DNA of 64,000 nucleotides from Leucoraja ocellata (taxonomy: Eukaryota): contig JAWMAR010000082.1 in NCBI GenBank assembly GCA_036785375.1, forward strand, positions 6,138,001 to 6,202,000, written 5' to 3'. Shown here piece after piece: positions 26,401-39,289 of the stretch (positions are counted from its first letter, which is position 1; the number at the start of each line of letters is the position of its first letter). The position numbers and the translations under genes were made by a program. The notes beneath the pieces are model-generated. The model was not told the DNA's origin. It saw only the letters and a program-made list of their open reading frames with translations, and did not search any database.

Positions 26401-28669
26401 ATGTATTTTCTGCAAGTTTGTACTAAGGCATTGTACAGATCAGCTTCTATTCAAGAGAAGCATTCAAGCGGATTTGAACATAAAAGTTATGAGAATTCCT
26501 AAAACTAAGATAAACTGGCACAGGAACATAGGATTAGCAATAACCCATTTACCCAAGCCATGAGATCATGACTAACTCCACAAATCCACATTCTTTCCCC
26601 AAATTCCTTAACATTTCCGCTCATTAAAAATCGACTATTTTCTGATTTAAATTGATCAGTGAAATGTAATAATTGTCACCTTCAGGCAAGCGTTCAAACA
26701 CCCTTTGACACTTAGTACTTGCTCACTGTACCCTCTAACACTTGGACTATGCCTCAGATTCTATGATAATCATTGAGGCACGAATATTAAAACAATGGAG
26801 ATGAAATGTTCAGTCAGTGAAAATAGCGTAGATACGCATTTAACATGGACATGGTGGACTAAAAGGCCTGTTTCTCTGCTGTATGACTCGAAGAACATCT
26901 CCACCAAGACTGAGTCTCACAGACATAATAAAATCATATACATAGTGTGCAGTTAGTATTTACAAGATTTTCACCCATGTAGCCTACAGTGGGAAAGAAG
27001 GAAACAGATTAAAAATAACCAAAAGGCCAACATTGGTCAAGGAAACTCTTGGAATTTTTTCTCTGGCCTCCTAACTGAGTAGTGTTAGACCAGGAAACCA
27101 AACTGGCCACAATTTAGCGTGCTCAGGATGTGAGTTGTGTACCATCACTTCTTACCCAGCCAACAGGTTCCTTTGGCAACTGTGCAATTAAGCTGAATTT
27201 TAGAACTGAGCACAAGTCATAAAGTTGTAATCAGGATGAAAATTACTGCACCTTTATATTTGTCTATTTGGATGTGAGGTTGGGACATTTCACTTTGTAC
27301 TTCTGAGAATTTGCCCTCAGTTAAATGGTTACTAATCCAGACTGAACCCTGGTAAAGGTGGGGAGGGGGTGGGGGTGGGGGTTGTGTAGAGGAGTTCATG
27401 GAGGAGAGATCAGTGTCATTATGGGAGAAGGAATGAAGTTACATATATCTTGCCAGTGTCCCAATCCAGTCATTTGTTTGATGGCCGGGCATTCTTGGGA
27501 ATGCCGTGCACTGCTGGGTCATAAAAGAGCACAACATTGGGTTAAACATTACCCCTATTTATCTGACGTGGAAATCATGGAAATGGTTCAAAATTCGCAA
27601 CAAGACAACAGTCGAGAGTCATGAATGTTTAATTGTCATATGCATCAGCAACAGAACAATTATATTCCAACTTGCTGTAGCATTACAGGTCCATTAATGT
27701 GAAAACAAAACAGAACAGTTTTGCAAAAAGTGAATCTCAACCAGAAATTCTCAGCTAAAGTTTCAAGATGACCTTGTTCAATTGCTCACATTGTGTCCCA
27801 TTCAAAAATAAATTAACTTTGGTTGCAAATCTGCACTATGGAATTTCAAACATATGGGACAGATCACCCGCTTACTACATTCAAAATGTTGCACCAAATC
27901 CCTGTAAGGTTTTTATACTCTGTGAGCAAATTTCTAGGCTGAAAGTTCAAAGATTCGCCTTGATATTTTGTACGTAGCTGACTTGTTAGGAAGTGGGAGC
28001 TGGACTACAAAGTCACTAACATTGTTCAGCATTTTTGGAAATTTGTCTTGGACATTTGGTTAAAAGGAAAGCATTTTCAAGCACTTATTAAATTCAAGGA
28101 AAATATTGGTGATCCTTACAAAAAACAGTAAAAAAAAAACCAATCTGAAGTTCCCTTGGTGAATGCAATCAGTCGTAACATCAAGCCGTAAAACTTGAAG
28201 CTGGAAATAGAAAGAGTATGCGCGGAGCATTCCCCAGTCAATCCGACTGCTCTTCACTCCCAGTTTCAAGTTTCTATTGATTATAAACAGATGGACTCCA
28301 ACTAAAAGGCAGCTTAGGATAAAATTCAAAAGTAGTTAGGATTTGATTTTTATGATGTTTGTAACAAGTTAGTATGATCCTTGACATAAATTATGGTCCG
28401 CAAATGTTTTCACCTTGAATGGAGTTTCATAAAACAAAGTTAATCGTAACCATGATCATTCCCGTTGCAAAGAATGGTGCAGCATTTTATCCCTCATGGA
28501 ATTTAATGCCATCAGTGTTGTCCTACATAGGATTCATCAGAGTACGTAATAATGATCTGTGTGCAATGAGGCTCTGATTTACTAGATGTACCAGGGTTAA
28601 ACTGTGCTTTTCATGCTATGATGTGTTGTGTTCATTAGGAACAGCCTTGCAGGAACAATTGTGGATAAA

Positions 28670-28935
28670 GTGCCAGTGGAGCAGTAGGTAAAGCTGCTGC
28701 CTCACCACGCCAGAGACCCGATGGGATTCCTCCCGTGCTCCAGTTTTCTCCCACATCCCAAAGATGTGCTGGTTTGAAGGTTAATTGGTCTTTGTAAATT
28801 GCCCCTAGTATGTAGGGAATGGATGAGACAGCAGAATAACATAGAACTAGTGTGAAGGAGTTGTCAATAGTTGGTGTGGATTCGATGGGCTGAAAGGCCT
28901 GTTTCCATCCTGTATCTCCAAATTAAACTAAACTA
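28670..28935 (+). mobile_element. HE1/V-SINE with internal deletion
   Basis: The head gcagtaggtaaagctgctgcctcaccacgccagagaccc joins directly to gggattcctcccgtgctccag, then the tail tgtatctccaaattaaactaaacta. Confidence 0.85.
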
Positions 28936-30596
28936 TACAGCAGAGAGTGGTATTTCAGAGAGGAATTGAGACCAGCTTGTTTGGAGGTTGGGGGGAGGGG
29001 GGGGGGGGGGGGGGGGGGGGAGCTGATCCCAGTGTGCGAGATGATCAGAGGGAAATTGAGCAAATGGGAGAAAAATTAAGAAAATGTATCCAAGTTAAGA
29101 TGAGATGTAAGATGGGAATTAATTTGTTGAAAACGGATTGTGGGGCTGCAGAACCTCAGCAAGGAGGAAGATGGAATGTGGGGATGGGCAGGAGCAATCA
29201 CTCCAAGTGTAGAGACAAAACAGAAACTCATCTTAAGAAGGATCATCTCCTCAGAGGCCTCAGGCTGCCTCGGTAGCAACAAGTCCTTTAATGAATGCCG
29301 GAGCAAGCCACATCTCTATGATTAAGACCTGCACCTGTGGATGAAACCTGCCATGTTTGCCAGCAGTGTGTGAATGATAGAATGTTGCACAAACGACATT
29401 GTACAAGCATGTTCACTGATTGATGTTGCAACACATACCCGGCAGCCACCATGGGTAAGCCTGTCATAGGCTCATAGAACCAAACTCAAATTGCGAGTTG
29501 CCCTATCACGCTATCAATCAGGATTTAGACAAATGAAAAGCACAAAATATTCTGCCATGCCAGAAACCTGAAGCCCCGATGTTTGAAATGAATTTTAATA
29601 CTACGTTAAAAACTTGAGCTCAGTTGCTTAGGAACATGGAGCAACTTTGAAGTTTAGGCCAACCTCCCCACACAACAGAAAAGTTTCAACACATTTGTCA
29701 GAGAATGTGGTAGCCACTGGAGTTTTAAGACTTATTAAATCAACCATTTTTTTTCCCCCTGGAATGTGAAAATGCTAAAGCAGTGGGAATAGAAAGGTAA
29801 TACTTTAGCTTCTATTGCTTTTTGATTCCGATTTAGATGCTGTGGGAAAAACTACAAACGGGGTCCATGGTCTAATTATTGGAATGTTAACCTCAGGAAA
29901 AATTATTGTGTTATCAGGAGAGTGAAATTACTCAGCTTGGTGAAGGTCCACTTCCTCAAAAACACCACTTTTAGGAGCCTGGTCCATTCATCAGCATAAG
30001 ACAAAGCAAAACACAATATGAATGGACATCACGTAGGCTATGAAGACATTTTTCCGGCCACCCACAGCCTTCGGTGGGAAAGCTCTAAACTTTAATATAC
30101 CAGCTGTGCAAACAGAGCCACAGTTAGTTCCTTCATCCGCACCTTCACATTTCAGTCAAGGAACCCAGCCAGGTATTCCCCTTTATTGCCATTTCACATC
30201 TGGAGACCAGCTTCCAGAAATGTATATTGGTGGGAAATGAAATTGTTTTTGACCAGAGAGATTCAATGCATAGTCAGATATACAATTTTCTCCTCTTTCT
30301 CTTGTGTGTAAAACCATAGCCTTCATAATTGCAGATTAAAATGTTGTATTCTTAATAAGAGAGGATGCTATAAGTTCATTGCATGTTTTGTTTTACTGAA
30401 TGAATAGTTTTTGCAGCTTCAGTGATAGATAATTGTATTTTTCCTGAGGTTTATATATTGGACTCCAACTGACTGTAAAATCGAACTACTTTTCACTGGC
30501 ACTCGACCAGATGACAAGAGATAAATTCCATTGGGGTCATGGAGTGCATTACCTCAGAAGAGAGGAATTGGCAGAAATAACTTTCCTGCCTCATAG

Positions 30597-30650
30597 AAGG
30601 CGATCTGTTACTAACTGATACAGAACAACAAGGCCATAGGCATACAAGAG
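30597..30650 (+). CDS. Weak candidate 54-nt internal exon (phase 1-1)
   Basis: Acceptor ctttcctgcctcatag and strong donor GAG|gtaaga. The open frame gives xGDLLLTDTEQQGHRHTR and is in frame with the exon at 44626. No homology recognised. Confidence 0.25.
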
Positions 30651-32064
30651 GTAAGACATTGTTCTTCTTGATGTTGTCAATAAAATAGGTTTAAGTTTGC
30701 AATGAAATGTATGGAACCAAGTGCAAAATAGGGGAGTGTGCAGGAATCTTTGCATCTCATGAATATCTGCTTATCCAACTATATTAGAAGAATGAGGTAA
30801 GGTTTACTTATTTTTTACATGCTCATATGAAGTAGCCATGGCTTCCCAGCATCTGTGTCTCTTATAGCTCGCTCCAATGGCATATTGGCTGTAAGAAGTC
30901 TCTCAGCAACAATATTCAAAGGATCAGCAGAGTATTTCCATTTGAATTCCTTTTAACAGATAATTTGACCTCAGCCCTAAAGTAAAACAGTCAAAGATTC
31001 CCCTTGATAAATCATTGTTTTTTTTGTACCATGTCAGTTTTGTTGCTTCCCTTGCAAAGGATCTGTTCTTTCTTAGATAGCATCTGCAAATTGATTGTGT
31101 TGAATATTACTGTAAATATTGTCAATAGTTAAGGTTATTAACTTTCATAATATTCCTTAATTTAAGAGAATTCTATCATAGTTGAACACCAGCATATGTA
31201 TTGACATAATAGATTCCCTGATGATTTTGTCACCTAAATTATGGAAAACCTGAAGATATCTCCAGAACTTTTGCTGAGGATTAGCACTCTACATGCTAAA
31301 TTAATTACCATCATACAGCCTTCCACCAAAGCTAGATCAGTGTTATAGACTTCTTGCTCTAATCACATCCAATTTGTTGCACCTAATGGATCATACATTG
31401 ACTTTTTCCATTAACACCACGGATCCCAAGAGCAATGCACTCCTAATCTGTTCCTTTCTCACATCAGTGTTTTCTTCCATTCATAATGCTACCCCACCAA
31501 GCCTATGCTTGTGAATCCAATCTAGATTCAATACATTCTTTCAGATCACATAATTTCATCATTCAGTGTTCCTCCAGACTCTCTCCTCTTTGTGTTCAGC
31601 CTCACAGACTGTCAGAGGCCAATGCAAAGGTGAGGTATGTCACACCTCATAATAAACAAATGAAGAATGGGCAATTACCTTTCCTGGATCCACCCTTCAG
31701 CCATGGCCAACCTTCTTGGAGATCAGATGGAAGTTCCAAATTACTGAAGATACCATCGGCTAACCTGAATTAATTTAGTAATTTCACATATGGTGTTTCT
31801 ACCCCAACATATGTTCTAGTAGATTGAATCCATTGAAACTTAGAATGCTGCTTCTAAGGCGCTATTTTCCCAGTACGTTCCTCAATATTTTGGGATGACA
31901 GAAATACAATGTCTTATTTGAAATCCTCCTCACACCTCAATCTAGCAGCTTTCCTCTTGCTCAAATAAAATTGTCAGCTCTTATTTTTAATGGAACAATT
32001 TATGAATGAGATTGATAGCTTTGCACGAGGCATGCTTATTATACTCATTCTTGTACTTTTGAAA

Positions 32065-32235
32065 TGCCCCCATCCCCCCTCTTTTCCAGCTTTCTTTCCC
32101 CTACGCCAATCAGTTTGAAGACGGCGCCCAACCCGAAACATCACCTGTCCATTCCCTTTCCAGATGCAGCCTGACCCACTGTGTTCCTCCGGCACTTTGT
32201 GTTTTGCTCAAGATTCCAGCATCTGCAGGTTCTTG
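32065..32235 (+). mobile_element. Degenerate Penelope 3' terminal fragment
   Basis: cagtttgaagacggcgcccaacccgaaacatcacctgtccatt...ccagatgcagcctgacccactg...ccagcatctgcag. Confidence 0.65.
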
Positions 32236-33366
32236 TGAGTCCTTGTGAGTAGAAAATCATTGCAATTTATTGCATTGGTGTTAAACTCAGGGAAGCTAAA
32301 TTGGTGTGGAACATCTGTATACGAATAGTTAATCCCATTATCTGTGAAGTGCCAAATCTTTTGTAATGTATGAGAAATTAAATCCTGAAAAATGTTTCTT
32401 AGTGGAACATTGAGGATAAATGTAAGGGATACATTAGAATTCCAAACATTTGAGGTTTTGATTCCTAGGGAAAATAAAATCATCCTGGTTATATTTTACT
32501 TTGAGTAAGTGCTTAAAAAGCAATATCCTTGCATTTGACCTAGTCAAACATGTTTATTACAGTTTTATGTCAGAATGTGAGAACAGGGTTACATCCATTA
32601 ACTTACAAAGAAAGCACAAAACAGATGTGTTATAAGGCTGTGTTAGTAATTACAGTAACAGATCATGCCTAATTGATCCCCATCTGCATTGTAATTATGG
32701 TCAGAGTCTGAACACTCATTCTTGGAAGGTTAAATGGAATAATCCCCAACTATATGACTTATGAGAAGGTTTCTCCCCAAGAATTGTCCTTAATGCATTG
32801 TAGAATCCTTAAATCAATTTAATTTCTTTGTGAGATTTTGGCTCAAATAAACAAAATTAACAATATAATTTTATTACATGTGTTCAACCAGGTACATGGA
32901 GAGGTTTTGTTAGGTAGATCAAGAAGGATTGGAGATCATGCATACCAAGGAAACTTTCTGTATGTGCACTGGAGCAGATAGGTGTGAGAAGCTCCCGATA
33001 TTGGTTTTACTGATGACCCATAATCTCTTACAGTTTCATGAAAGAGAAAATGCTGAAAACTTGCAGCTTCGGAAGCATCCATAGAATAATGAAAGTCATG
33101 AAGAGTCCTGAACTTCAGATGCTGCTCAACATCTTCTGTATTTATTTCAAATTTGCAGTGTCAGCATTATTTTTTGATTTACTCTTGCAGGACATCCTGG
33201 GTCCTTCACCTACCTATTATGCCTCTACTTTCCCTGGGACAATCCATGAGCAGTTTTGAATAGAGAGGACACCCAGTAACTGGAAGCAGAGTGGATCATT
33301 TGAACAAGGATTTGGGGGTGTGCAGGAGAGGGGGTGTGGTGGACGTGGGTGTGGGGGAGGGATGGT

Positions 33367-33537
33367 NNNNNNNNNNNNNNNNNNNNNNNNNNNNNNNNNN
33401 NNNNNNNNNNNNNNNNNNNNNNNNNNNNNNNNNNNNNNNNNNNNNNNNNNNNNNNNNNNNNNNNNNNNNNNNNNNNNNNNNNNNNNNNNNNNNNNNNNNN
33501 NNNNNNNNNNNNNNNNNNNNNNNNNNNNNNNNNNNNN
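33367..33537. other. Assembly gap (171 N)
   Basis: Run of N. Confidence 1.
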
Positions 33538-33599
33538 CTTGAATCTACTCACACGGCTGAGTGCGGCCTCTCCACTTTGGGGCTTCCGCCGTCAGCGGC

Positions 33600-33735
33600 A
33601 CTTCCACAATCAGCGCAAACTCTGCACTCACCGGAAATTGCGCAATCAGCATGACCTCTGCACTCACCGGAAATTGCGCAATCAACGTGACCTGACAACT
33701 AAGCGGAAGTTACGAAATGAGCGGGACTTTTGGAC
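33600..33735 (+). repeat. 36-bp tandem repeat, about 3-4 degenerate copies
   Basis: Unit ctctgcactcaccggaaattgcgcaatcagcatgac, seen as the repeated LCTHRKLRNQ in the ORF track. Confidence 0.8.
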
Positions 33736-33741
33736 TAAACG

Positions 33742-33945
33742 CAGTCGGACCTAATAAAGCATTTATTCCTTCCAAACACAGTCAGACGTCATAAAGCATT
33801 TATTCCTTCCAGGCACAGTCGGACCTAATGAAACATGTATTCCTTCCAAACACAGTCGGACCTAATAAAGCATTTATTCCTTCCAAACACGGTCGGACCT
33901 AATAAAGCATGTATTCCTTCCAAAACAGTTCGACCTAATAAAGCA
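33742..33945 (+). repeat. 37-bp minisatellite, about 5.5 copies
   Basis: Unit cagtcggacctaataaagcatttattccttccaaaca, starting at 33742, 33779, 33816, 33853, 33890 and 33926. Confidence 0.92.
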
Positions 33946-34484
33946 GTGCAGTTTCAACCACAGGAGGGGCAGCAGGCCAAACAACTCAAGGCATTGTCAT
34001 TTCATTTCATTTCATTTCCAATAAAGCATTGCACTTTCAAGCACAGACAGTGCAGCAGGCCAAACAACTCATGGCATTTTCATTAAGGGCCAACAAATCA
34101 TTTATTGCAAGTACATTGCAGACTCACAGTTCAGTTGATTCACAGCTTAGAATGACAGTGGTGGCCTCTTTCTCGCGATCTTGCAGACTGACTGACTCAC
34201 ATCCAGGCATCTGGGGGTTTATAGTCCTGCCCACCCCCCCTGGAAGGGAGTTACCTTCATCGTGGTGATTGACAGGCGAGAGAACCAATCAGCTGATCTC
34301 AAGGTTTTTTAAACACTCATAACTTTTCTATTTTTGATCAATGGGAAAAATCCTTGGAGCCGGCTCAACGGAGGAGAACTGTGAGTAAGATGGCCAAAAA
34401 TTAGTGATACAGGGTCGTGTTTTTTTCTAAAATCAATATACAGCGCAGACAGGAAGTGGTCAAGATGAGACTTTTAATTATATA

Positions 34485-34488
34485 AATT

Positions 34489-34521
<33 letters not shown>

Positions 34522-34979
34522 CCCCGAAATCCCACCAAAACGATACACGACAGCACTACAATTTTTGGCCCACCTTACTCAACATTGTCCTATGATGTAA
34601 ATGAACCAAGTTTCGTTCAGATTGATGGTATATTTTACGTTATTCACATTTTAAACTTTACAAAAATCATTTTTCCACTTGCCCTGCCCATTAGCCGCAT
34701 ATGACATCACAATGACGTCACAATGGGATCCCAAATATCATATTTTTTAAATCACCATGTTTTTTTTTGCATGTACTCACAACGGGGACCTAACGGCTCC
34801 ACGGGTAAGTTTCCTTCTACTTTACAAACACCTCCATGGGTCCTCTATTCACTTTATCATTAAATTTAACTTCATTTCAGTTGACAACGGCACAACTTTG
34901 AACGTGGCAGCCACTCATGCGCAGTTTGGTGAAATATTGCTTTGGGGGAATGGGCCCAACCGGTCCACACTTGGCCTAG
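34485..34979 (+). mobile_element. Non-autonomous Helitron-like element
   Basis: The 5' region has TA-rich sequence plus a (TG)n microsatellite. The 3' end has a GC hairpin-like gggcccaaccggtcc followed by ...ttggcCTAG|T, matching the Helitron CTRR end inserted before T. Confidence 0.55.
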
Positions 34980-35457
34980 TTAATGTATAAAGCTGCTTTG
35001 GCAGCCTGTGCTGAAATGAGGTGCATAATTTTTAGAATGTTGAATGTTGTCATTTGAAGCAATAACTTTTGAATGCCAAGGTATCCACCTAGAAACACTT
35101 TCTGGCTTGCCCTTGACTAACTTTCGCCAAAAAGTAATCATACATTCCAAATGGCAGTATGAAAACATTATGTGTCCTTGGGCAGCTGAAACTGCACAGA
35201 GTTTCCAAAATGCAAGAATGTGTCAAAATTACTCTTCAGCTAATGCTGAAAATAACAGGTCAGATGATATTTTAACCATTACACGTCCAAAACTAACAGG
35301 AATTGACCCGTTTCCTTTCTCTGCAGTTTAAAAGTATGAGTAGACCATTTAGCCTGAGTGAGCCACTGCATCTTTCAGATAGACTAAGGTTGTGTGTATC
35401 TTTGTTCTAAAGATTGTTATCTTTATTTTAACAAGAAAAATCTTGTAACCTAAGCCA

Positions 35458-35722
35458 ATCCTGACCTTGGATGTTCGCTGTGTGGAGTCTGCACATTGTC
35501 CGTGTGTCTGCATGGGTTTCCTCTGGGTGCTCCTGTTTCTTTTCACATCCCAAAGGTGAGCAGGTTTGTAGGTTAATTGGCCTCTGTAAATTGCCCATTT
35601 ACAGATAACATAGGATAACATAGAACCGGTGTGAACGGGTGATCGATGGTCGGCATTGACTTGGTGGGCCAAAGGCTGGTTTCCATGCTGTATCTATAAA
35701 CTATACTAAACTAAACTAAATC
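35458..35722 (+). mobile_element. HE1/V-SINE, 5'-truncated
   Basis: atcctgaccttggatg...tgtgtggagtctgcac...ccatgctgtatctataaactatactaaactaaactaaa. Confidence 0.85.
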
Positions 35723-35775
35723 AAAGCAAACCTAGGCTAAACGAAGAAATCTTTGAAGGTCTGAGGGGCATGTTA

Positions 35776-35963
35776 AGGGCCTGTCCCACTTGGCCGTCAT
35801 TTGCGAGTAATTTATGCGACATCATTTACGCGTCATGACGCACGAGTCATGATACGCACGTGTTACGCGCGGCCGCACGTGGCATCGCAGGATTTTGTGC
35901 TGCACAAAATCTTTGCGCGCCATCTGCGTGACGCACAAATGACAGCCAAGTGGGACAGGCCCT
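35776..35963. mobile_element. PIF/Harbinger-type MITE (188 bp)
   Basis: TIRs agggcctgtcccacttggccgtcatttg / caaatgacagccaagtgggacaggccct, with a TTA TSD at 35773-35775 and 35964-35966. Confidence 0.88.
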
Positions 35964-36099
35964 TTAATGCGCAACCATGGCAGTCGACAGACTGCGCAAC
36001 CATGACAGCTACCTTTTAAAGAAATAATATATGATTTAAAACAAACTTATATTCCTTTACGGCATAAAACACAACTGGCAAATCTACCCAGCTGCAGAT

Positions 36100-37403
36100 T
36101 GCAAGAACAATTAAAAGTATTAAATCCAAGGAAAAGATTTGTAAACTTTTTAGAAAAAAACACAAAGTTAGAGGACTGAAAACATTTCCTAGTTCAACAA
36201 AGGATAACCAAGAAATTGATAAAGAGAATAAAATTAAATGTAACAGTAATAACAGAAACACAGAGGATAGGAATGCCTATCGACCTGTAAGTAGAAAAAT
36301 GTCCACAAGAGCTAAAGGGGTTTCTTTTAGGCAGAGGTGGGAGAATATATAATGAGGAATAAGTTAAAGAGCAGAGCAACTAAACAAATTCCTTTTCATG
36401 GAAAAAGACCAAGAAATACTCACAGAAATAATGGAGATACCTGAAGATGTGGACATTAAAAAAATAACATAATGGTAAAGAGATAATACTGGAGAAGTCA
36501 ATGAACCTGAAATTTATAAATCCCAATTAGCCACATCCCAGAGTTGTGAAAGAGGTGTTCTGGTTATCGTCTTCAAAAACTCTGTCAATTGTGTAATTCT
36601 GCAATATTTCCTGCAGATTAGAGGTTAGCCAATGTGGCCCCACTATTCCTGAAAGAAGGTAGAGAGTAAACAGGGAATTGCCAAGCTGACAGCATTACAT
36701 CAGTCGGAAGAAGTTGCCAGAATCTATGATCATGGATGCTATATGAAGACACTAAGGAAATTAAAAAATGATTGAGCAAAGTGAACGTGGGAAAGGAAAT
36801 CAAGCTTGAATAATTTATCGAAGATCATTGGGGATGCATCGTGGAATGATTGAGGGGAAAGTAGTGGATGTGGTGTATTTAGATTTACAGAAGGCTTTCG
36901 TTAAGGTCCCAAATAGCAGGTTTGTGATCAAGGTTAGAACAAAATGGAATCGTGTTAATATACTAGCGTGGACCAAGAGTCGGTCAATGGCTAGAAAGCA
37001 TAGAGCAGGAAAGAAACGGGGCTCCTTACATTTACAGGTTGTAACTACTGGCGTGCCACACAGCTTAGTGCCTAGTTTTCAACTAATTACAATCAATATC
37101 AATGACCGGTTGAGGGGACAAGTTTGGAAATTGTAAAAAAATTAATTGGAAACGTGAAAGTGATGTGCATGCAAAAAGACTTCAAGGCAACCAGGACAAT
37201 CTTAGTACGTTGGCACTGACACAACTGACAACATACATTGTGGAAAATTGTGTGGTTAGCAGAATAAATAGAAATTCTGTGTATTTTTTTAAATGGAGAG
37301 TGTTTGGAAATTGTTGCTGTCTTCATACACAACTCACTGACAGCTAACTGGCAGGTAGGAAGGCTAATGCTGTGTTAGGCGTCATTGGTAGAGGATTGAA
37401 GTA
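36100..37403 (+). mobile_element. Degenerate CR1 ORF2 (RT) fragment
   Basis: Remnant motifs ANVAPLFLK and VVDVVYLDLQKAFVKVP (ORF 36828-37136), then VTTGVP, with many frameshifts. Confidence 0.8.
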
Positions 37404-37407
37404 GATC

Positions 37408-37910
37408 GAACATAGAAAAATATAGCATAGAAACAGGCCCTTCACCTATGGTGTCTGTGCTGACCATGATGATAATATGAACTAATCCCGTCTACCAGCA
37501 CATGGTTTATATCTCTCCATTCTTTGCTTGTTTATGGGCCTCTAAAACATTGCCATCATATCTGCTTCTACATCCTCCTCTGGCAGAATGGTCCAGGCAC
37601 TGAACACTCCCAGTATAGAATAACATGACACTTTAGTCTCCTTTAATCGTACCACCCTCTCCTTAAACCCATGCCCTCCAGTATTTTTGATTTCCACCCT
37701 GCAAATAAGATTTTACCCCATCTATGCCTATCTTATAATTTTGTGGCTTTCTGTCAATTGCCCCTCAGGCTACATCACTCAAGAAAAAAATAATCAATGT
37801 TTCCAACCTCTCTTTATAGCCAATGCTCTTTAATCCATGCAATATCCTGATGAACATTTTCTGCATCCTCAACCAAGCTTCGCATCCTTCATGTAATGCA
37901 ATGGCCAGAA
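37408..37910 (-). mobile_element. CR1 LINE 3' end
   Basis: gaacatagaaaaatatagcatagaaacaggcccttc tail, plus a RMQKMFIRILHGLKSIGYKERLETL remnant. Confidence 0.8.
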
Positions 37911-38004
37911 CTATGTCTGTTCCTTCCATACAATCCATCTTCATGGTGCGTTGTATCAGGAAGGCTGGAAGTATCACCACGGATATCTTTTAACCTGGCC
38001 ATTC

Positions 38005-38620
38005 CCTTTTCTCTCTTCCACATTCTGTGAAAAGATATCACGGGTTATAAAGCTCAGCGATCCAGACTCAAGAACAGCTCTTTTACCCCACTGCCACCCG
38101 ACTCCTGAACCATCCATCACTTTCTCACCTCATTCCTGGAGGTGCTGCCGCCTACTCTCACTCTTAACCCTACCTTGCTTTGTAATAATGAATATTATAG
38201 TTGCATATGCAGATTTCCTACTACAATCTTGCACCATTCTACTGTTTTGCACACACTGTTATCTTGGTCATTACTGTATGTATACTGTTTACTCTGTCAG
38301 TTTCATGTGAACAAGGAATTTCACTGCACCTAAGGCAGACACAAAATACTGGAGTAGCTCAATGGGGCAGGCAGTATCTCTGGAGAGAAGGAACGGGTGA
38401 CGTTTTGGGTCACAAAATCTTCTTCAATCTGAAGAAGGGTCTCGACCCGAAACGTCACTCATTCCTTCTCTGCAGAGATGCTGCCTGACCTGCTGAGTTA
38501 CTTCAGCATTTTGTGTCTGCCTTTGATTGAAACCAGCATCTGCAGTTCTTTCCTACACTTTTCATTGCACCTGGTGTATATAACAATAAAGTAATCTGAA
38601 TCTGAATCTTAATCTGAATT
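38005..38620 (+). mobile_element. Rex1/Babar LINE 3' end hosting a Penelope-derived insertion
   Basis: ccagactcaagaacagctc (RLKNS motif), then a 3' UTR ending caataaagtaa(tctgaa)n. Confidence 0.7.
38332..38559 (+). mobile_element. Penelope-derived element with inverted 5' arm, hammerhead-like core and 13-bp TSD
   Basis: Arm 38332-38425 is inverted relative to 38429-38522. The core CTGAAGAAGGGTCTCGACCCGAAACGTC is at 38429-38456. The TSD tttca(c/t)tgcacct is at 38319-38331 and 38560-38572. Confidence 0.85.
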
Positions 38621-38636
38621 TACATTTTCAACCAAA

Positions 38637-39225
38637 TCATATATGATCCAGCATTGATCCCTGTTGGACTTTACTGCTCAAAGACCTCCAGTCAGAATAA
38701 CACCTTTCCAACACTGTACTCAGTTTTTGAATCCAATCTACCAAATCAAGGATCCCATGTGCCTTAATCTTTTGGATGTGTCTATCATGAAGTAGCTTGT
38801 GAAATACTTTAATAAACTCCTTGTATAAAAAATCCACTGCCTTTCCCTCATCAATCATCCTCAAAATATTCAATTTAAGCCCTGATGATTATCCCTAGTA
38901 AGTCTACGACTTTCCAGATGTAAGTAAATCCTGTCCAAGAATCTTCTCCAATAATTTTTCCATCCCTGATGTACGGCTCAATGGCTATTGTCCAGTCCTC
39001 TCAGACCACATCTGTTGCTACAGAGGATCAAATATCTCTGTTAGGGCAGCAATTTCCTCTCTTCCCTCCATCAATAGCTTGGGATAGGTCCAATCAGTCC
39101 CTGGGGACATCCACTTTAATGTACTTCCTGCTGATACCTCACTCCCGAGCTTGCTGTCCTTCTCTTTGCTGGATATCAATGCAAAATACTCATTTAATAC
39201 TTCACCCGCTTCTTCAGGAGTAATA
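38637..39225 (-). mobile_element. Degenerate CR1 ORF2 fragment
   Basis: IDEGKAVDFLYKEFIKVFHKLLH...SKVQQGSML and EVLNEYFALI...SPGTDWTYPKLL...REEIAALTEIF remnants. Confidence 0.8.
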
Positions 39226-39289
39226 ATATTTTGCTGCAATTGTAGAGACTTAGTGAGATTACACCGAGAATACCGTGAAGCGGTTTTTG

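Larger units (their letters stand above)
33538..34484 (-). mobile_element. Non-autonomous Helitron-like element (5' end near 34484, 3' part lost in the gap)
   Basis: The reverse complement begins tatataattaaaagtctcatcttgaccacttcctg, resembling the (TC)TATATAA-type Helitron 5' end. It contains internal tandem arrays and shares atttttggcc..cttactca with the adjacent element. Confidence 0.5.

Noticed and set aside
33217-33754. ORFs spanning the N run
   Set aside because: Artefacts of translating the gap and the adjacent tandem repeat.
33742-33945. CRISPR-like array (37-bp repeats)
   Set aside because: The units are head-to-tail without unique spacers, there are no cas genes, and the context is vertebrate.
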